Assembly (NCBI GenBank): GCA_965208125.1
Contig: OZ242320.1
Coordinates: 2,656,001-2,720,000, forward strand
Source: Candidatus Latescibacterota bacterium
Lineage (GTDB): Bacteria; Latescibacterota; UBA2968
Direction: 5' to 3'
Length of the DNA: 64,000 nt
Under the pieces are notes generated by a model. It searched no databases and was not told where the DNA came from. It saw only the letters and a list, made by a program, of their open reading frames with translations. Position numbers and translations under genes: made by a program. Positions 61,218 to 64,000 of the stretch are shown here, in pieces. Every line of letters begins with the position of its first letter. Within the stretch, counting starts at the first letter, position 1.

Positions 61218-61366
61218 TGTGGTCTCCTTGTGAAATGAATATTGAGGATGCGTAAATATAATTCCCAAGAAAAAAAATCAAAACGTTTAGATGGGAGATG
61301 ATAGGTGGGAACGTTCTGGTGTATTGGGTGGTCTAAGGATTAGTGATTAAAAAATAGGAATGCGTT

Positions 61367-61846
61367 TTGGATATATCAACTCAACGGTCTTGGCGGGGAG
61401 ACGCCGATACGCTTCGGCGTTTTGTTCTCGCTATTTTGATAATGGGAATCGTCGGCACGGGAGCCGAGCTTGTTCTTCTCGAGCATATGGAGGATTTCTG
61501 GCAGTGGGTGCCCCTCGTGCTCTTTGTGGCGGCACTTCCGTGCGCCGGCTGGCTCTTTGTCGCGCCTGGCGTGGCGAGTGTCCGCGTTTTTCAGATTGTG
61601 ATGGTGCTGTTCGTTGTTTCGGGCTTTGTCGGTCAGTGGCTTCACTACAAGGGAAATGTCGAGTTCGAGTTGGAGATGTATCCATCCCGCGGCGGGCTTG
61701 AACTCATTTGGGAAGCTTTGGGCGGTGCCACCCCGTCGCTGGCACCAGGGACGATGACACTTCTCGGGTTGCTCGGTTTAGCGGTTTGTTTTCGCCACCC
61801 CGGCTTGCGGGCTGGTGAAGTGAGAAATTCTCAGGAGGGAACATGA
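61367..61846 (+). CDS. Hypothetical 4-TM membrane protein
   Basis: Four hydrophobic segments; stop overlaps the next start. Confidence 0.7.
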   Translation: MDISTQRSWRGDADTLRRFVLAILIMGIVGTGAELVLLEHMEDFWQWVPLVLFVAALPCAGWLFVAPGVASVRVFQIVMVLFVVSGFVGQWLHYKGNVEFELEMYPSRGGLELIWEALGGATPSLAPGTMTLLGLLGLAVCFRHPGLRAGEVRNSQEGT

Positions 61847-62532
61847 ATATTTGCGGTAGAAGCGTGAAGTTTATCAACACGGCGGTGCTGCTCGTGTGTT
61901 TTGCGATGCTCTGGGGTTGTGGTGGGTCGAACGTGGATGAGACACCTGTCTCCGACGCTCCCACGGAAGAAGCCGCGAGTAGCGCGGTGGTCGTCAATCC
62001 AAATCTCGCAGGATCCGATGAACTCGGCGCCCTTATGAGTAAAGAACTCGCTGACGCGATTGTAGCGCAGCGCCCGTTCCTCGGTATGGTAGCATTGCAC
62101 CCGGTCGTGTCACAGCATCTCGGTCAGGAGGAGGTCGAGAAGCTCTACGTTCAGATGTTCATTCCGCTTAATCTGAATACTGCCAGCGAGGAGGAGATTC
62201 TTCTGGTGCCTGGCGTGGGAAAGCGGATGGCGCACGAGTTTGAGGAGTACCGTCCTTATACGGCTATTGCCCAATGGCGCCGTGAGATGGGTAAGTATGT
62301 AGATGATACCGAGGTTGCGCGGATGGAGCAGTATGTTTTTGTGCCTATCGACTTGAATACGGCTACTGAGGAGGAGATCCTCGCCATTCCCGGTGTGGGA
62401 AAGCGGATGGCACACGAGTTTGAGGAGTACCGTCCGTATTCGAGTATGGAACGGTTCCGGCGCGAGATTGGCAAGTATGTCGATGATGGCGAAGTCGCAC
62501 GCCTGGAGCGGTACGTGGAGATTCGACCTTAG
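61843..62532 (+). CDS. Helix-hairpin-helix repeat lipoprotein (ComEA-like)
   Basis: LWGC lipobox; two 60-aa repeats LNTA.EEEIL..PGVGKRMA plus a degenerate first repeat. Confidence 0.8.
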   Translation: MNICGRSVKFINTAVLLVCFAMLWGCGGSNVDETPVSDAPTEEAASSAVVVNPNLAGSDELGALMSKELADAIVAQRPFLGMVALHPVVSQHLGQEEVEKLYVQMFIPLNLNTASEEEILLVPGVGKRMAHEFEEYRPYTAIAQWRREMGKYVDDTEVARMEQYVFVPIDLNTATEEEILAIPGVGKRMAHEFEEYRPYSSMERFRREIGKYVDDGEVARLERYVEIRP

Positions 62533-62605
62533 TGTTTTTTTATTCAGATTGCCTATATTGAGCTTGATTATCTAACGTAGAAAATTTTATGCAATGGAGG
62601 TTGTG

Positions 62606-63301
62606 ATGTCTGTTAATCGCCGACGTTTTCTGTATCAGTCCGCTGCATTGGGTGCGGCGGTTTTTGTGACACCAGGGGTTTTTGCCGAGCAACTGACGCT
62701 TACACCCCGGCAAACCGAGGGGCCATATTATCCGAATAAGATGCCGCTGGATGTCGATAATGATCTCGTGATAATCAACGATGCGATTACGCCCGCAGTG
62801 GGAGAGATTACGCATTTGACCGGGCGCGTTCTGGATGTGAATGCCAATCCCGTAAAGAATGCCATAGTGGAGATCTGGCAGGTCGATAGCAATGGGGTTT
62901 ATATTCATACCGGGGCTCCGCGGCAGAATAGGCGAGACACGAATTTTCAGGGTTTTGGGCGTTTTGAGACGGGATCTACGGGTGAATACCGCTTTCGGAC
63001 GATTAAGCCCGTGCGGTACGGGGGGTCGCGAACCGCTCATATTCATTTTGCGATTAATAAAAATGGGCACCGGCTTTTGACGTCGCAGATGTACGTGAAA
63101 GACAATCCGGACAATAAGTGGGATTCTATTTTCAGGAATACTGGTCGCGCATCTCACGATTTGTTGTCCGTGCCGTTTAAGCCTTTGCCCGGGTCTGAGG
63201 TTGGCGAATTGACGGCAAATTTTGATATTGTGATTGGCGAGACGCCCGAAGACCGGGAAAATGACCGCGGGCGACGAGGCCGACGTCGCGGGTGGTGGTA
63301 A
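62606..63301 (+). CDS. Tat-exported intradiol ring-cleavage dioxygenase family protein
   Basis: NRRRFL leader; EGPYYP, EIWQ.D.NG.Y, FRTIKP..Y...RTAHIH. Confidence 0.88.
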   Translation: MSVNRRRFLYQSAALGAAVFVTPGVFAEQLTLTPRQTEGPYYPNKMPLDVDNDLVIINDAITPAVGEITHLTGRVLDVNANPVKNAIVEIWQVDSNGVYIHTGAPRQNRRDTNFQGFGRFETGSTGEYRFRTIKPVRYGGSRTAHIHFAINKNGHRLLTSQMYVKDNPDNKWDSIFRNTGRASHDLLSVPFKPLPGSEVGELTANFDIVIGETPEDRENDRGRRGRRRGWW

Positions 63302-63395
63302 AAAAGATATGTGTCTCTTGACGAAATAAGCGCTTTTGGCTATTTTTTTGAAAGGACGTTTCCATCCTGCGCTTATCTAAAGGAACACTCGAATT

Positions 63396-63770
63396 ATGTC
63401 AGATGAAGACTATAAAGATGGTCTTTCTGGAAGACCCCACGGTCGTTGGTCTCCCACCACAAAGCAAACTCGAGACTTCGTACAGGGAATCCGAGATCGC
63501 CAAACCATAGATGCAGATAATAAAACGAGAAACAAGGATTCATCTACGACTGAGGGCCTTGGTGATTTCTTGGAATTTATTTTTTCGCCAGCAGGTTTGA
63601 TATACCTGATACTTACAGTTTTGGTTGTGTTTATATTTGATGCGATTAATCCTGATATGTCTTTATTGTGGGGCCTAGTCATATTGATATTTTCTCCCGA
63701 TATTTTTAGCACTATGTCTTTTGGCTTTATTGGTGATCGTGTTGATCTTGGTAGCACTTTTTTAATTTAG
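63396..63770 (+). CDS. Hypothetical membrane protein (AT-rich)
   Basis: AAGGA RBS; hydrophilic N-terminus and two hydrophobic segments. Confidence 0.55.
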   Translation: MSDEDYKDGLSGRPHGRWSPTTKQTRDFVQGIRDRQTIDADNKTRNKDSSTTEGLGDFLEFIFSPAGLIYLILTVLVVFIFDAINPDMSLLWGLVILIFSPDIFSTMSFGFIGDRVDLGSTFLI

Positions 63771-63771
63771 G

Positions 63772-63877
63772 GTTTGATGTTACTTAGCGACTCTATATCT
63801 TGTGATTTATTTTTAAGAGATATACAAGATATTGTGGTAAAATGAAATATTTTTTGATAAACTGCGTAACATCAGTT
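63772..63877 (+). repeat. ~105-bp dispersed MITE-like repeat, copy 2, with two NrdR-box-like palindromes
   Basis: Inverted ends TGATGTTAC...GTAACATCA; matches the reverse complement of 30841-30947. Confidence 0.8.
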
Positions 63878-63887
63878 AGGATATTGA

Positions 63888-64000
63888 ATGCAGAGAATCC
63901 CTGAGATTGTTTTCCGGGCAATGAAAGAGGATTCTGATGGTAAACCTCTCGTGGAAAGGTCGGCAAGGGCATTAGGAGTTCGCATTGGGGAAAGACACCC
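63888..64000 (+). CDS. Partial ORF running off the window edge
   Basis: AGGA RBS; MQRIPEIVFRAMKEDSDGKPLVERSARALGVRIGERH... Confidence 0.5.
   Translation, partial: MQRIPEIVFRAMKEDSDGKPLVERSARALGVRIGERH

Overview
Bacterial chromosomal window, mostly housekeeping and metabolic genes. A PNPFNPST-type C-terminal sorting/FlgD-Ig tail suggests an FCB-group organism such as Latescibacterota or Gemmatimonadota (inference). Contents in order: DUF1501/DUF1800 pair, truncated RelA/SpoT, DnaQ-DinG, sugar-acid dehydrogenases, HU, holB-metG, a small TA/GIY-YIG islet, tatD-rsmA-ilvE-proC-hisH-hisF-proB-ftsB-recO, valS, two STAS genes, mltF, divergent thiC and thiOSG-tenI-thiDE units each with a TPP riboswitch, a selenocysteine NAD-linked formate dehydrogenase, a cluster of modular secreted ligand-binding proteins next to a PLP decarboxylase, an orphan RND transporter, pdxA and others. 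The most notable non-routine items are four. (1) A gene-less IS200/IS605 element between the two thi promoters carries its own promoter and a ~180-nt highly structured omega/reRNA-like RNA. (2) Four exported proteins share one Ig-like module fused to Cache or periplasmic-binding domains with no signalling or transport partner. (3) A Met-rich leader peptide plus terminator precedes holB-metG. (4) A ~105-bp MITE-like repeat carrying tandem NrdR-like boxes occurs twice. All calls are from reading the sequence; no searches were run.
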